Shown here: positions 1 to 12,766 of the stretch, piece by piece
Layout of the letters: every line of letters starts with the position of its first letter
How positions within the stretch are numbered: position 1 is the first letter of the stretch
DNA from: Squalus acanthias
Taxonomy: Eukaryota
Direction: 5' to 3'
DNA length: 64,000 nt
NCBI GenBank assembly: GCA_030390025.1
Contig: CM059438.1
Coordinates: 52,826,001 to 52,890,000 of the forward strand
The notes under the pieces: model-generated
Database searches by the model: none
What the model saw: the letters and a program-made list of their open reading frames with translations, nothing else
What the model was told of the DNA's origin: nothing
Program-made: the position numbers and the translations under genes

Positions 1-1216
1 AGATTGTGGTGGAATACAATTCTGCTGCTGCTGATGGCCCACAGCGCCTCATGGATGCCCAGTTTTGAGCTGCTAGATCTCTTCTGAATCTTTCCCATTT
101 AGGACGGTGGTAGTGCCACACAACACGATGGAGGGTGTCCTCAGTGTAAAGACAGGACTTCGTCTCCACAATGACTGTGTGCTGATCACTGCTACCAATG
201 CTGTTATGGACAGATGCATCTGCGACAGGTAGATTGGTGAGGACGAGGTCAAGTAGGTGCTTCCCTCATGTTGGTTCTTTCACCACCTATCGCAGGCCCA
301 GACTGGCAGTTATGTCCTTCAGGACTTGGCCAGCTTGGTCAGTAGTGCTGTTGCCGAGTCACACTTGGTGATGGACATTGAAGTCCCCCAACCAGAGTCC
401 ATTCTGTGCCCTTCCCCCTCAGTGCTTCTTTCAAGTGGTGTTCAACATGGAGGAGTACTGTTTCATCAGCTGATGGAGGATGGTAGGTGGTAATCAGCAT
501 GAGGTTTCCTTGCCCATACTTGACCTGAAGCCATGAGACTTCATGGGGTCCGGAGTCAATGTTGAGGACTCCCAGGACCACTCCTTCCTAACTGTATACC
601 ACTGAGCCGCCACCCTGGTGGGTCTAGCCGGTGGGACAGGACATACCCAGAGATGGTGATGGAGGAGTTTGGGACATTGGCTGAAAGGTATGATTCTGTG
701 AGTATGACTGTGTCAGGCTGTTGGTTGACTAGTTTGTGGGACAGCTCTCCCAATTTTGGCACAAGTCCCAAGATGTTGGTGAGGAAGACTTTGCAGGGTT
801 GACTGGGTTGGGTGTGCCGTTGCTGTGTCCGTAGCCGGTACCGAGGTCGATGCCGGGTCGTCCGTCTGGTTTTATTCTTATTGTTTTTCGTAGCAGCTTG
901 TTCCACTGAGTGGCTTGTTGGGCCATTTCAGAGGGCAGTTAAGAGTCAACCACATTGCTGTGGGTCTGGAGTCACATATAGGCCAGACCAGGTAAGTATG
1001 GCAGATTTCTTCCCTAAAGGACATTAGTGAACCAGATGGGTTTTTATGACAATCCGATCGTTTCATGGTCACCATTACTGATTCGAGCTTTTTATTTATT
1101 TAACTGAATTTAAATTCCCCAGCTGCTGTGGTGGGATTTGAACTCATGTCGCCGGATCATTAGTCCAGGCCTCTGGATTACTATTCCAGTAACATAACCA
1201 TTATGTTACCGTTCCC
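1..1216 (-). mobile_element. Zenon/CR1-group-like LINE, 5' part (APE endonuclease) with tRNA-derived head; continues off the window start
   Basis: ORF 556-906 has an APE N-terminus (TNILGLVPKLGEL...VILTESYL...GYV). Colinear with 14960-15978. Confidence 0.8.
1110..1216 (-). promoter_or_regulatory. tRNA-derived Pol III-type head (A and B boxes)
   Basis: Minus strand reads GGGAACGG-TAACATAATGG (A-box-like) ... GAGTTCAAATCCC (B-box) ACCAC. Confidence 0.7.
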
Positions 1217-1239
1217 TTAAATTGTTAAAGCTTTAAATA

Positions 1240-1760
1240 TACTTGAGCTGATCAAAGAGAGTCAGCATGGATTCATGTCTGACTAATCTAGATGAACTTT
1301 TTGATAAGTGTACTAACATGGTGGACAGGGGAGAGTCTATGGATGTTGTCTAAATGGAGTTCCAGAAGGCTTGTAATCAGGTTCCACACAAGGGATTAAT
1401 AGCAAAAATAAAAGTACACAGATGTAACCTTGTGACAGGGGTTCATAATTGGTTGGGAGGTAGGAGACAGAGAGGAGAGATAAAGGGCATGTACTCTGAT
1501 TGGCGGGATGTGACAAGTGGTCTTCCCCAGTAATCTGTACTGGGGTCTCAGCTTTTCACCACATATATCAATTACTTGAATGAACCAATAGAGAGTTGTA
1601 TATCCACGTTTGCAGATGACATTAAGTCATCAGGCACAGTAAGTTGTTTAGATAAGAGCAAGATATTACAAAAGGACATAGGCAGATTAAGTGCGTGGGA
1701 AAAACTGTTGCAGATGGAGTTGCAAATGGAGTTCAATATGGGGAAGTACGAGGTCGCCAC
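1240..1760 (+). mobile_element. Degenerate CR1 RT fragment
   Basis: SQHGF, FQKA and ISTFADDIK remnants interrupted by stops and frameshifts. Confidence 0.8.
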
Positions 1761-1764
1761 ACAC

Positions 1765-2420
1765 CCCACGACCATCTGAAGTGTTCTCAATGGAAGCTCA
1801 CCAACCTTCCACCTCCCAAGTTGCTTCCCCTCCACCCATCTGCTGCTGCTTACGGTGGTTCTGAGCGACCTTTGCCTGCAATAGAAAGGGAAGTGGGTCA
1901 GTGAGTGTGGTGCAATGTGTTTGGGTCATGTGCCTGCCATGGTTAAATAGATGGCAGTGTGTGCAAGGCGTGAGATGTGGGTATGAGTCTTGCAGCAGTG
2001 GTAAGTGTGTAAGGGTGAGGCGAAGCTATGATTGTGAGGTATGAGTGGTGATTGATAGAGACTGTTGGTAGGTGAGTAATGGGGGTGTGGTGCATTGAGC
2101 AGTGTGTGAGGCTTGAGGTGCAGATGGTGGGATATGGCATTTGATGATGCATTCATTCACCTTGACCACTTGTGTGAGCTCATTAAACTTTTTGCGGCCT
2201 AGGCCAAATTTATTGGCTAGTAGATTGCACCCGATATTGGCTCTCCATTCAGCAGTAAGCCAATCGGCAGCACATTTAGCGCTGAGATCAGCGCTGTAAT
2301 CATTATAATGAGCAGGAAACACGAATTTTGTGGGCTGCCTGCACCACTTTGAACGGGTGCAGGTATGTAGTGCTTTGCGCTGCCCACGCCCGTTTTCAGG
2401 CCTTATCCAATTTCTTGCCC
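1765..2420 (-). mobile_element. PIF/Harbinger remnant (Myb/SANT gene exon and intron fragments plus terminal region)
   Basis: RKKFNELTQVVK followed by a GT donor near 2160. Sequence is similar to 22280-22580 and 22920-23060. Confidence 0.65.
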
Positions 2421-2869
2421 ATAGTCTTCAGGTGAAATGGAGTTAGGTGGCAAGGAACAAGAGCAGCAGGTGTGAGTACAAATCTTCATCTCTCCAGCTC
2501 TTTCAGCAACACCTGACAATACACCTTTCAACCCTCCCCCAGCACTCAATAATTCCCTCCCTCCATCATATCCTACAGCATTACAGCCACAAGGGAACAT
2601 TGCAGAACCTCTTTCTCATTCCAAACACACTCACCTCTTCCTTTGCTCTCTTCACACTACACATTAAAGTATTTTCTTCTCGTACTGTAGCACTTGCACA
2701 ACCACCAACTCCTCCCGGCAATTACTTCCTCACTTCACATTCCACACATTTGGCATTACACTCATCACCTCCCCATCCTTATTCCAGCTTGCTGCTTCTT
2801 TAGCTGTTACTTTCTACATAAACCCTACACATCTCAACTTACATGTTCAACAGTCACTCTCTGACCTAG

Positions 2870-3500
2870 AAAGTCAAAGGCGACCTGCCCTCTTTTTGGA
2901 CGCTAAATGGGTGCCAAAGCCTCCATTATGGCGGGAAGTAGATGCTCATCACAGGTTGGAAGTGCATGCCCGCCATATTGGTGTAGGTGAAAAAATAGGC
3001 ATCCAGAGCCCACGTCTGAAACAGATGTTAGTCCACTTTGCATAGGCAAATAAGGGGTCTAATTTTTGAGGCCCCCACTGCAATATTGGTTTGCCCTGAG
3101 GCAACCAGTGCTGGCACCGATTGCATTCAGGAAAACCAGGTCTATAGGCATCCTAACAGGCGATCCTTAAAGGGACCATTGCAGGCTGCCACCAAAAAGG
3201 CAAGTTTATAAAAAATACTTACCTGAATGTGGAACTGGGAGGGACAAAAGTTCTCCTAACCCCACATTAAATGCTTAGGCCGCTGCTGTTCACCGCTAAC
3301 CCCCCCATCCGATCACGACTTTGACCCTTCCCCCTGATCACCCTGGTCTCGATCGACCCCCTTCCCAATGTCCCGGTTGCCCCCCATTCCAATCGCCCTT
3401 CATTTTCCAGTTGCCCCCCACTCCTGATCACTTCCCACTTAACAACTTACCTAAGGGCCGCTGAAGCCTTATTTAAATGGTACGCCTCGGGCCTACCCGT
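2870..3500. mobile_element. Degenerate non-autonomous DNA transposon (Harbinger-type MITE-like)
   Basis: Shares internal layout (acttacctg...ggagg, C-rich tract) with MITE-like elements at 29102, 51881 and 52813. Ends not resolved. Confidence 0.4.
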
Positions 3501-3539
3501 GCAGATACAGGGATTGGTCTCTGTGACCAATTTCTAGGC

Positions 3540-4560
3540 CACTAACTCTCGCCCTCTTTTTCTGCAGGACAAGATAGAACATAATGCAAAGGAGAGGAGT
3601 AAGACGAGGGGAGGAGTACCCAGCATCATAGCCCTCAACCAAATGGCGCATGAGGCTCTCGAAATGGCCCAGGCATGGCTCTGACCTTTGGGGAAGGGGA
3701 AGCTGGCAGCATATCTGAGCAAGGTAGCTGTAAATTACTTGTAACCTTTCTTTTACCTCAGCAAGTATTCAGCAAGCTTCACAACTTCAAGTTGCATTCT
3801 CAAGACTGTCGCCTGCTAACATCCAGCCTCTCAGTGCTATCCTAACTCTTTTCCCTTTTCTCTTTCCTATAGGTTCTTCTTAGAAGCTGGACCCTGCTGA
3901 AGAAGACACCTTGGAGGAGGACAATCCCCCTGAGGGTGCACCATCATGTGCTCCATCCCTCCCTAGCACTAGCCCAGACATTGGGTTAGATAATCAGGCA
4001 GAGGGGTGTGCGCTTGGTGAAACACCCAGCACCAGTGAGCAGCAGCAGGTATTGGTGGCGGAGATGAGGTCCTCTCCCAACTCTGCTGAGGACAGAGATG
4101 AGGAGTTCATGGGCTCAGCCCTGAAAAGAAAACTGCTGGCCTTACACAAACAGTTATATGAGGTATTGAGTTTCAGCACTATGGCTGAGAGTGTGGAGCA
4201 GGCTGCACCAGCCTGTATGGTGTCATCTTGCATGGCACTCTGTAGTCTACCTGGGAGTGAGTGGCCACCTCCAGGATGCTGCAGCCAGACCCTCACAAAG
4301 GGAGTGAGTGACACCAGACTTTACTGCTTTGGTGGTAACTCAAACGGCTGTGTACCAGAGAGTCAAACATCCTACTTGCAGAGACAAACATCCACACTGG
4401 AGAGACTATTGGAGGAAAAGGATAGGGGCTTTCAAGGCATCAGTCACCTTCTGCAGTCTGCTCTCCCACGGATCATTGGAAGTGATATGACCCAGCAGCA
4501 CTGGAGTGCCAAGGGCGAAACAGAAGCAGCATGTGTTGCCCTCTTTCAGGATGTCACCAC
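3540..4560 (+). mobile_element. Harbinger Myb/SANT-gene remnant (exons 2-3)
   Basis: ttttctgcAG then DKIEHNAKERSKTRGGVPSIIAL, homologous to EKRAHNKRERARTGGGPPSIA at 59133-59291. A second acceptor near 3871 precedes an acidic/coiled-coil region. Confidence 0.7.
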
Positions 4561-5365
4561 ATCAGGAAAAAGGAAGACATGTCGGAAGCACTAGTATGGA
4601 AGGTGGCATCGTCAGAACAGATGCGGCGGAGATGGAGAAACTGGGAGAATGGAATAGAGTCCTTACAGGGAGCGGGGTGGGAGGAAGTGTAGTCCAGGTA
4701 GATGTGGGAGTCAGTGGGCTTATAGTGGATGTTTGCCGATCGCCTATCCCCAGAAATGGAGACACAGAAGTTGAGGAAGGGAAGGGAAGAGTCGGAGATG
4801 GACCATGTGAAGGTGAGGGAAGGGTGGAAATTGGAAGCAAAGTGAATGAAATTTTCTACTTCAGGGCGAGAGCAGGAAACGGCACCGATACAGTCATCAA
4901 TGTACTAGAAAAAGAGGTGAGGGAGGGAACCTGAGTAGGACTGAAACAAAGAATGTTCCACATATCCCACGAAAAGGCAGGCATAGCTAGGACCCATGCA
5001 GGTTCCCATAGTGGAGGAAGTGAGTGGAGTCAAAGGAGAAGTTGTTCAATGTGAGAACAAGTTCAGCCAGGCGGAGGAGGGTGGTGGTGGATGGGGACTG
5101 GTTGGGCCTCTGTTCAAGGAAGAAGCGGAGCGCCCTCAGGCCGTCCTGATGGGGGATGGAGGTGTAGAGGGATTGGACGTCCATAGTGAAAAGGAGACGG
5201 TTGGGGCCAGGAAATTGGAAACTGTTGAAGTGGCAGAGGGTGTCGGAAGAGTCGGGAATGTAGGAAGAGACTGGACAAGGGGAGAAAAAAATAGAGTCGA
5301 GATAGGAAGAAATCAGTTGAATGGGGCAAGAACAGGCTGAAACGATGGGTCTACCAGGGCAGTAT
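4561..5365 (-). mobile_element. Penelope-like element RT fragment
   Basis: MDVQSLYTSIPHQDGL...LAELVLTLNNFSF, then SLPFL...HYKPTDSHIYLDYTSSHP...SIPFSQF, typical of Penelope RT and thumb. Frameshifted. Confidence 0.88.
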
Positions 5366-5584
5366 TAAGGACAAATAGGTTTAATTTAAAATCACTCTCA
5401 AGCAGAATGAAATCCCAACGGTTAAAAGAAGGGCATATGGTAAAACAAAATCATTATGGTTGATGAGAAATGTACAGAGGCAAATTTGATTGAAACAGAA
5501 GGTAATCTACACACTTAAGGCATTTAACTCACAGGAGAACAGGGAAATGTACTGCATGCAATTGGGGGAGAAAAAAATAGCCAT

Positions 5585-6640
5585 AAGTGTTTTTGTGACT
5601 GGAAGGCTGTTTCCAGTGGGGTTCCGCAGGGCTCAGTACTAAGTCCCTTGCTTTTTGTGGTATATATCAATGATCTAGACTTGAATATAGGGGGTATGAT
5701 TAAGAAGTTTGCAGATGATACTAAAATCGGCTGTGTGGTTGATACTGAAGAAGGAAGCTGTAGACTGCAGGAAGATATCAATAAATTGGTCAGGTGGGCA
5801 GAACAGTGGCAAATGGAATTCAATCCAGAGAAATGTGAGGTAATGCATTTGGGGACGGCTAACAAGGAAAGGGAATACAGTATAAATGGTAGGACACTGA
5901 GTAGTGTAGAGGAACAAAGGGACCTTGGAGTGCATGTCCACAGATCCCTGAAGGTAGCAGGCCAGGTAGATAAGGTGGTTAAGAAGGCATACGGAATGCT
6001 TGCCTTTATTAGTCGTGGCATAGAATACAAGAGCAGGGGGGGTTATGCTTCAACTGTATAAAACACTAATTAGGCATCAGCTAGAGTACTGCGTGCAGTT
6101 CTGGTCACCACATTACAGGAAAGATGTGATTGCACTACAGAGGGTACAGAGGAGATTTACAAGGATGTTGTCGGGAGTAGAGAATCTTAGCTATGAGGAA
6201 AGACTGGATAGGCTGGGTCTGTTTTCCTTGGAACAGAGGAGGCTGAGGGGAGACCTTATTGAGGTGTATAAAATTATGAGGGGCCATGATAAAGTGGATA
6301 GAAAGGACCTATTTCCCTTAGCAGAGGGGTCAAAAACCAGGGGGCACAGATTTAAAGTAATTGGGCGGGAAGGTTTAGAGGGGATTTGAGGGGAAATTTC
6401 TTCACCCAGAGGGTTGTGGGGTTCTGGAACTCACTGCCTGAAAGGGTGGTAGAGGCAGGAACCCTAACCACATTTAAAAAGCACTTGGATGTGCACTTGG
6501 GATGCTCTAACCTGCAGGGCTATGGACCAAGAGCTGGGAAGTGGGATTCGGCTGGATAGCTCTTTGTTGGCCGGCACAGACACGATGGGCCGAAATGGCC
6601 TCCTTCTGTGCTGTAACTTTCTATGATTGTAACTATCTAT
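5585..6640 (+). mobile_element. CR1 3' fragment
   Basis: [25 protein letters not shown] and LEQRRLRGDL motifs, 3' UTR and ttctatgatt-type tail. Confidence 0.92.
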
Positions 6641-8420
6641 GATAAGATTAGCCAAAAGATCTCTGGGAAACAAGATGGTGTGTAATTGTGGCAGTAACAG
6701 CAAAAGCTTTTTCAGCTATGTCAGAATCAGAAGACTATTAATGACCGTATAGGGTCACTAAAGGATACTGTATTGCAGATTCAAACTGAGTTTCAGGTTA
6801 TGGCAGAGCTGCTAAAAGACTATTTTGCATCAGTCCATACTCCTGTAAATGATGCTTATATTCCAGATGAGGGGTGCTTAGTATTGAATAGCATTATTAA
6901 TATTAACATTGATAGTGATGTCATCTTGGATAGATTAGGAAAGCTCAAAATTGATAGGGCTCCAGGTCCGGATAATATCCATCCAAGGGTGATAAAAGAG
7001 ATGGGACGGGTGCTCTGTGAGCCCCTTGCCCGTATCATCAATAGTTCAATAGAGTCAGGGATAGTTCCCTTAGACTGGAAGCTAGTTTATGCAGTTCCTA
7101 TTTTTTTAAAAAAGGGGACAAATCAGAGCCAGGGAACCACAGACCTATCAGCCTGACGTCCATAATTGGGAAGATGCTGGAAGGGATGGTAAGAGATGCC
7201 CTTTATGATCACTGGGAAAGGGAATGGCCATTACAAATTCACAACACCGCTTCCCCAAAAAATAGGCCGGGCCTAACAAATGTGATTGTGTTTTTTGAGG
7301 AGGTCACTAAGGTAATGGATGAGGGAAATCCAGCAGATGTTGTCTACCTGGCCTTTCAGAAAGCCTTTGATAAGGTATCTCACACTAGATTACTTCACAA
7401 GGTAGAAGCTTGTGATATCAGTAAAAATTTGAAGCACTGGATTAGGGATTGGCTCCAATCTCACAGCCAAAAAGTTGTCGTTAACGGATGTGGTTGAGCT
7501 TGGAGACGTGTTACTAGTGGTGTCCCCCAGGGATCGGTTCTAGGCCCGCTACTCTTCACGGTCTTTATTACTGACCTGGACAGTGTGTTGGGAGGATGGG
7601 CAGTATGTTTGCAGATGAAACCAAAATCTGTGCAAGGATTAAGATGGTAGAGGAGTGAAATCAAATCCAAAAAGATTTAGATGTGCTGGGGCAGTGGGCC
7701 ACACAATTGCAAATGGCGCTTAATTTAGGTAAATGTAGTGTCATGCATGTTGGTTGGGCCAACACACAATACACATATAATTGGCAGGGAACAATACTGA
7801 AAGAAGTTGAGAGAGAAAAAGCTCTTGGTGTTATTGTGCACAGATCACTAAAGGTTCTTGATCGATGTAGAGAAACTGTAGCTAAAGCTAACAGGGTATT
7901 GGGTTGTATTAATAGAACCATTCAGTATAAATCAAAGGACACCATTTTCACACTATGCTGGTCGTTGGTCACACTGTATCTGGAATACTTTGCCCAGTTT
8001 TGGTCCCTCACATGGTGGGTGATAGAGTGGCCTTGGAAACGGTCCAGAGGAGAGCCACAAGAATGATTCCGAGCTTAAAGAACCTCAGGCTACTCAGATA
8101 GGCTCAAGGACCTCGGTCTATTTACTTTAGAGCAGCGTAGACTTAGAAGTGACCTGATAGAGGTCTAGAAAATAATTAAAGAGCGGGATAGAGTCCCTAC
8201 TGATAATTATTCCAGTTTAACAGATTAAGGAGGACCGGGGACATGAGTTTAAACTTTGTAAGTGAAGGAATAGACTTGATGTTAGGCGGTTCTTCTTTTC
8301 CCAGAGAATTATAAGCTTCTGGAAAACACTGCCGGCAGGGTGCTGATTTTCTGTATGCCTTCCAGAGGGAGCTGGTCTGGTTCCTGACTGGGGCAGAGAT
8401 CGCATCATATAGAAGGTAAG
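6641..8420 (+). mobile_element. Older degenerate CR1 ORF2 fragment
   Basis: KAPGPDNIHPRV-like, [12 protein letters not shown] and [10 protein letters not shown] motifs split across frames. Confidence 0.88.
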
Positions 8421-8439
8421 TGTCTTTGTAGAAAAAATA

Positions 8440-8565
8440 TGAAAAAAAAGACTTGCATTTATATTGCGCTTTTCACTACCTCTGGATATCCCAAAGCACT
8501 TTACAGCCAATGAAGTACTTTTGAAGTGGAGTCATTGTTGTAATGTAGGAAACGCGGCAGCAATG
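8440..8565 (-). mobile_element. 3' end of Deu-domain SINE with L2-type tail
   Basis: Reverse complement matches the 3' part of the SINE at 60345-60468. Confidence 0.7.
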
Positions 8566-8832
8566 GGATAATTTTTTTTAAATTCATTTTTATGGGATGT
8601 GGGCTTCGCTGGCAAGGCCAGCATTTATTGCCCATCCCTAATTGCCCTTAAGAAGGTGGTGGTGATCCGCCTTCTTGAACCGCTGTAGTCCGTGTGGTGA
8701 AGGTGCTCCCACAGTGCTGTTAGGTAGGGAGTTCTAGGATTTTAGAAACATAGAAGATAGGAGCAGGAGTAGGCCATTCGGCCCCTCAAGCCTGCTCCGC
8801 CATTCAATGAGATCATGGCTGATCATCCAAAC

Positions 8833-11693
8833 TCAGTTACCTGTACCTGCCTTCTCCCCATATCCCTTGATACCTTTAGCTTTAAGAAATATATCTAACT
8901 CATTCTTGAATATATTTAATGACTTGGCCTCAACTACATTCTGTGGTAGAGAATTCCACAGGTTCACCACTCTCTGGGTGAAGAAATTCTTCCTCATTTC
9001 TGTCCTAAATGGCTTACCCCTTATCCTTAGATTATGACCCCTGGTTCTGGACTCTCCGACCATCAGGAACATTCTTCCTGCATCTAGTTTGTCCAGACCT
9101 GCCAGAATTTTATATGTTTCGATGAGATCCCCTCTCATTCTTCTATACTCCAGCGAGTATAAGCCCAATCGACCCAATCTCTCCTCATATGTCATTCCTG
9201 CCATCCCAGGTATCAGCCTTCTGAATCTTCGCTGAACTCCTTCCATGGCAAGAACATCCTTCCTCAGATAAGGCGACCAAAACTGCACACAGTACTCAAG
9301 GTGTGGTCTCACCAAGGCCCTGTACAACTGCAGCAGGACATCCCTGTTCCTATACTCAAACCCTTTCGCTATGAAGGCCAACATACCATTTGCCTTCTTC
9401 ACCGCCTGCTGCAGCTGCATGCTTACTTTCAGCGACTGGTGCACAAGGACACCCAGGTCTCGTTGCACTTCCCCTTCTCCCAATCTATTGCCATTCAGAT
9501 AATAGTCTGCCTTTCTGTTTTTGACACCAAAGTGGATAACCTTGCACTTATCCACGTTATATTGCATCTGCCACGCTTCTGCCCACTCACCCAACCTGTC
9601 CAAATCATCCTGGAGTTTCTCGGTATCCTCCTCGCAGCACACACTCCCACCCAGCTTTGTGTCATCTGCAAACTTGGAGATATTACATTTAGTTCCCTTA
9701 TCTAGATCATGAATGTATATTGTGAATAGCTGGGGTCCAAGGACCGATCCCTGCGGTACCCCACTAGTCACTGCTTGCCACTCGGAAAAAGACCCATTAA
9801 TTCCTACTCTCTGCTTTCTGTCGGCCAACCAGTTCTCTATCCAAGTCAATACCTTGCCCCCAATCCCATGTGCCTTAACTTTACACGCTAATCTCTTATG
9901 CGGGACCTTATCGAAAGCCTTTTGAAAGTCCAAATACACCACATCTACTGGTTCTCCCTTATCTATTTTCCCAGTTACATCCTCAAAAAATTCAGGTAGA
10001 TTAGTCAAGCACGATTTACCTTTTGTAAATCCATGTTGACTTTGTCCGATCCTGTCACTGTTTTTCAAGTGCTCAGCTATTACATCCTTTATAATGGACT
10101 CTAGCATTTTCCCTAATACCGATGTCAGGCTTACCGGTCTGTAATTTCCCGCTTTCTCTCTACCACCCTTTTTGAATAGTGGGGTAACATTAGCTACCCT
10201 CCAATCCATGGGTACAGTTCCAGATTCCATCGAATGTTGGAAGATGATCAGCAATGCATCTACTATTTCTAGGGCCACTTCCTTAAGTACCCTAGGATGT
10301 AGATTATCAGGCCCTGGGGATTTATCGGCCTTCAATCCCGTCAATTTCCCTAACACCATTTCCCTGCAAATACTGATTTCTTTCAGTTCCTCCCTTTCAT
10401 CAGACCGTATGTTCTCCAACATCTCTGGGAGGTTATTTGTGTCCTCCTTTGTGAAGACAGAACCAAAATATGCATTTAATTGGGCTGCCATTTCTTTGTT
10501 CCCCATTATAACTTCCCCCGCTTCTGACTGCAAGGGACCTACACTTGATTTCACTAATCTTTTTCTCTTCACATATCTATAAAAGCTCTTACAGTCAGTT
10601 TTTATGTTCCCAGCAAGCTTACTTTCATATTCTATTTCCCCTTCTTAATTAATCCCTTTGTCCTCCTTTGTTGAATCCTAAACTGCTCCCAATCCTCAGG
10701 GCTACCGCTTTTTCTCGCCAATTTATATGCCCTCTCCTTGGATCTTATGCTATCCCTAATTTCCCTTGTTAGCCACGGTTGAGTCACCCTTTTTGTTTTA
10801 TTCTTATGCCACACTGGGATGAACAAATTCTGTAGTTCATCCATGCAGTCTTTGAATGTTTGCCATTGCCTATCCACCGTCAACCCCTTGAGTGACATTC
10901 CCCAATCAATCCTACCCAATTCGCGCCTCATACCATCGTAGTTTCCTTTATTTAAATTCAAGACCCTAGTCTCTGATTCAACTACTTCACTCTCCATCCT
11001 AATGAAGAATTCTATCATATTATGATCACTCTGACCCAAGGGGCCTCGTACAACAAGATTGCTAATTAATCCTTTCTCGTTACATAATACCCAGTCTAAG
11101 ATGGCCTGATCTCTGGTTGGTTCCTCGACATATTGTTCCAGAAAACCATCTCGTAAACATTCTAGGAATTCCTCCTCCACAGTATTTTTACTAATTTGGT
11201 TAGCCCAATCTATATGTAAATTAAAGTCACCCATGATGACTGCTGTGCCCTTACTGCATGCTTCTCTAATTTCCCTTTTAATGCCGTCCCCAACCTCCGT
11301 ATTACTGTTTGGAGGTCTATATACCACTCCTACTAACGTTTTCTGCCCCTTGTTATTTCTCAGTTCTACCCATACAGATTCCGCATCATCAGAGCTAATA
11401 TCCTTCCTTTCAATTGTGTTAATCCCCTCTTTAACCAGCAATGCTACCCCACCTCCCTTTCTTTTTTGCCTATCTTTCCTAAATATTGAATAACCCTTGA
11501 TGTTGAGTTCCCAGCCTTGGCCACCCTGGAGCCATGTTTCTGTAATCCCAGTCAAATCGTATTCATTTACCTCTGTTTGTGCAGCTAATTCATCCACCTT
11601 GTTCCGAATGCTCCTTGCATTAAGACACAAAGCCTTCAGGCTTGTTTTTTTAATGCTCTCAGACCTATATGAATTATTATTTACTGTGACCAT
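8833..11693 (-). pseudogene. CR1 ORF2 (APE + RT) split by a single 1-bp frameshift near 10635
   Basis: ORFs 10632-11693 and 8833-10572 join colinearly with the 949-aa ORF of copy B. The tttcccc run is one base short; this could be a real indel or an assembly error. Confidence 0.9.
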
Positions 11694-11815
11694 GTTTGAT
11701 TTAAACCGTTGAGTTCTTTGCCTTCTACTTTTGTTTTTCTCCTTCCTGTCTTTAGCTTTTATCCTTGTTTCCCTTTCCTCTGTCTCCCTGCTCAGGTTCC
11801 CAACCCCCTGCCACT

Positions 11816-12766
11816 TTAGTTTAAACCCTCCCCAACAGCACTAGCAAACACTCCCCCTAGGACATCGGTCCCGGCCCTGCCCAGGTGCAGACCGTCCCAT
11901 TTGTACTGGTCCCACCTCCCCCAGAACCGGTTCCAATGTCCAAGGAATTTGAATCCCTCCCCCTTGCACCATTCCTCTAGCCACGTATTCATTTGAAATA
12001 TCCTCCTATTTCTACTCTGACTAGCACGTGGCACTGGTAGCAATCCTGAGATTACTACCTTTGATGTCCTCTTTTTTAATTTACCTCCTAACTCCCTATA
12101 TTCTGCTTTTAGGACCTCATCCCATTTTTTACCTATATCGTTGATGCCTATGTGCACCACGACAACTGGCTGCTCGCCCTCCCCCTCCAAAATGTTCTGT
12201 AGCCGCTCCGAGACGTCCTTGACCCTTGCACCAGGGAGGCAAAACACCATCCTGGAGTCTCGATTGCGGCCGCAGAAACACCTATCTATTCCCCTTACAA
12301 TTGAATCCCCTATCACTATAGCTCTTCCACACTTTTTCCTCCCAGCCTGTGCAGCAGAGCCACCCATGGTGCCAGGAAGTTGGCTGCTGCCGCCTTCACC
12401 TGATAAGTCATCCACCCCAACAGCATCCAAAGTGGTATATCTGTTTGAGAGGGGGATGGCCACAGGGGACCCCTGCACTACCTGCCTGCACCTCTTACTC
12501 TGCCTGGCGGTCACCCATTCACTTCCTGCCTGTACACCCTTTACCTGCGGTGTGACCAACTCGCTAAACGTGTTATCCACGACATTCTCAGCATCGCGAA
12601 TGCTCCAATATGCATCCATCCGCAGCTCCAGCGCCGCAATGCGGTCTATCAGTAGCTGCAGCTGGGTACATTTCCCACACACATGGTCGTCAGGGATACA
12701 GGCAGCATCCCTGATTTCCCACCTATAGCAGGAGGAGCATATCACAGCGCCGAGCTCTCCTGCCAT
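11816..12766 (-). CDS. CR1 ORF1p (N-terminal CxxC-CxxC, coiled coil, SGNH esterase), 316 aa, open
   Basis: CSSC...CGKC, IVIGDSIVRG, VHIGIND and DGLHL motifs. Confidence 0.92.
   Translation of the reverse strand: MAGELGAVICSSCYRWEIRDAACIPDDHVCGKCTQLQLLIDRIAALELRMDAYWSIRDAENVVDNTFSELVTPQVKGVQAGSEWVTARQSKRCRQVVQGSPVAIPLSNRYTTLDAVGVDDLSGEGGSSQLPGTMGGSAAQAGRKKCGRAIVIGDSIVRGIDRCFCGRNRDSRMVFCLPGARVKDVSERLQNILEGEGEQPVVVVHIGINDIGKKWDEVLKAEYRELGGKLKKRTSKVVISGLLPVPRASQSRNRRIFQMNTWLEEWCKGEGFKFLGHWNRFWGRWDQYKWDGLHLGRAGTDVLGGVFASAVGEGLN

Noticed and set aside
1110..1216. Functional tRNA gene
   Set aside because: Only A/B-box-like remnants are present, with no clean cloverleaf, and it is attached to a retroelement.
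3911..4594. 227-aa ORF as a standalone gene
   Set aside because: Best explained as a decayed Harbinger Myb-gene exon running into a Penelope fragment.
12141..12728. Recurrent antisense ORFs over CR1 ORF1 (also 35830-36417, 42447-43214)
   Set aside because: Shadow frames shared because the copies are closely related; no independent coding signature seen.
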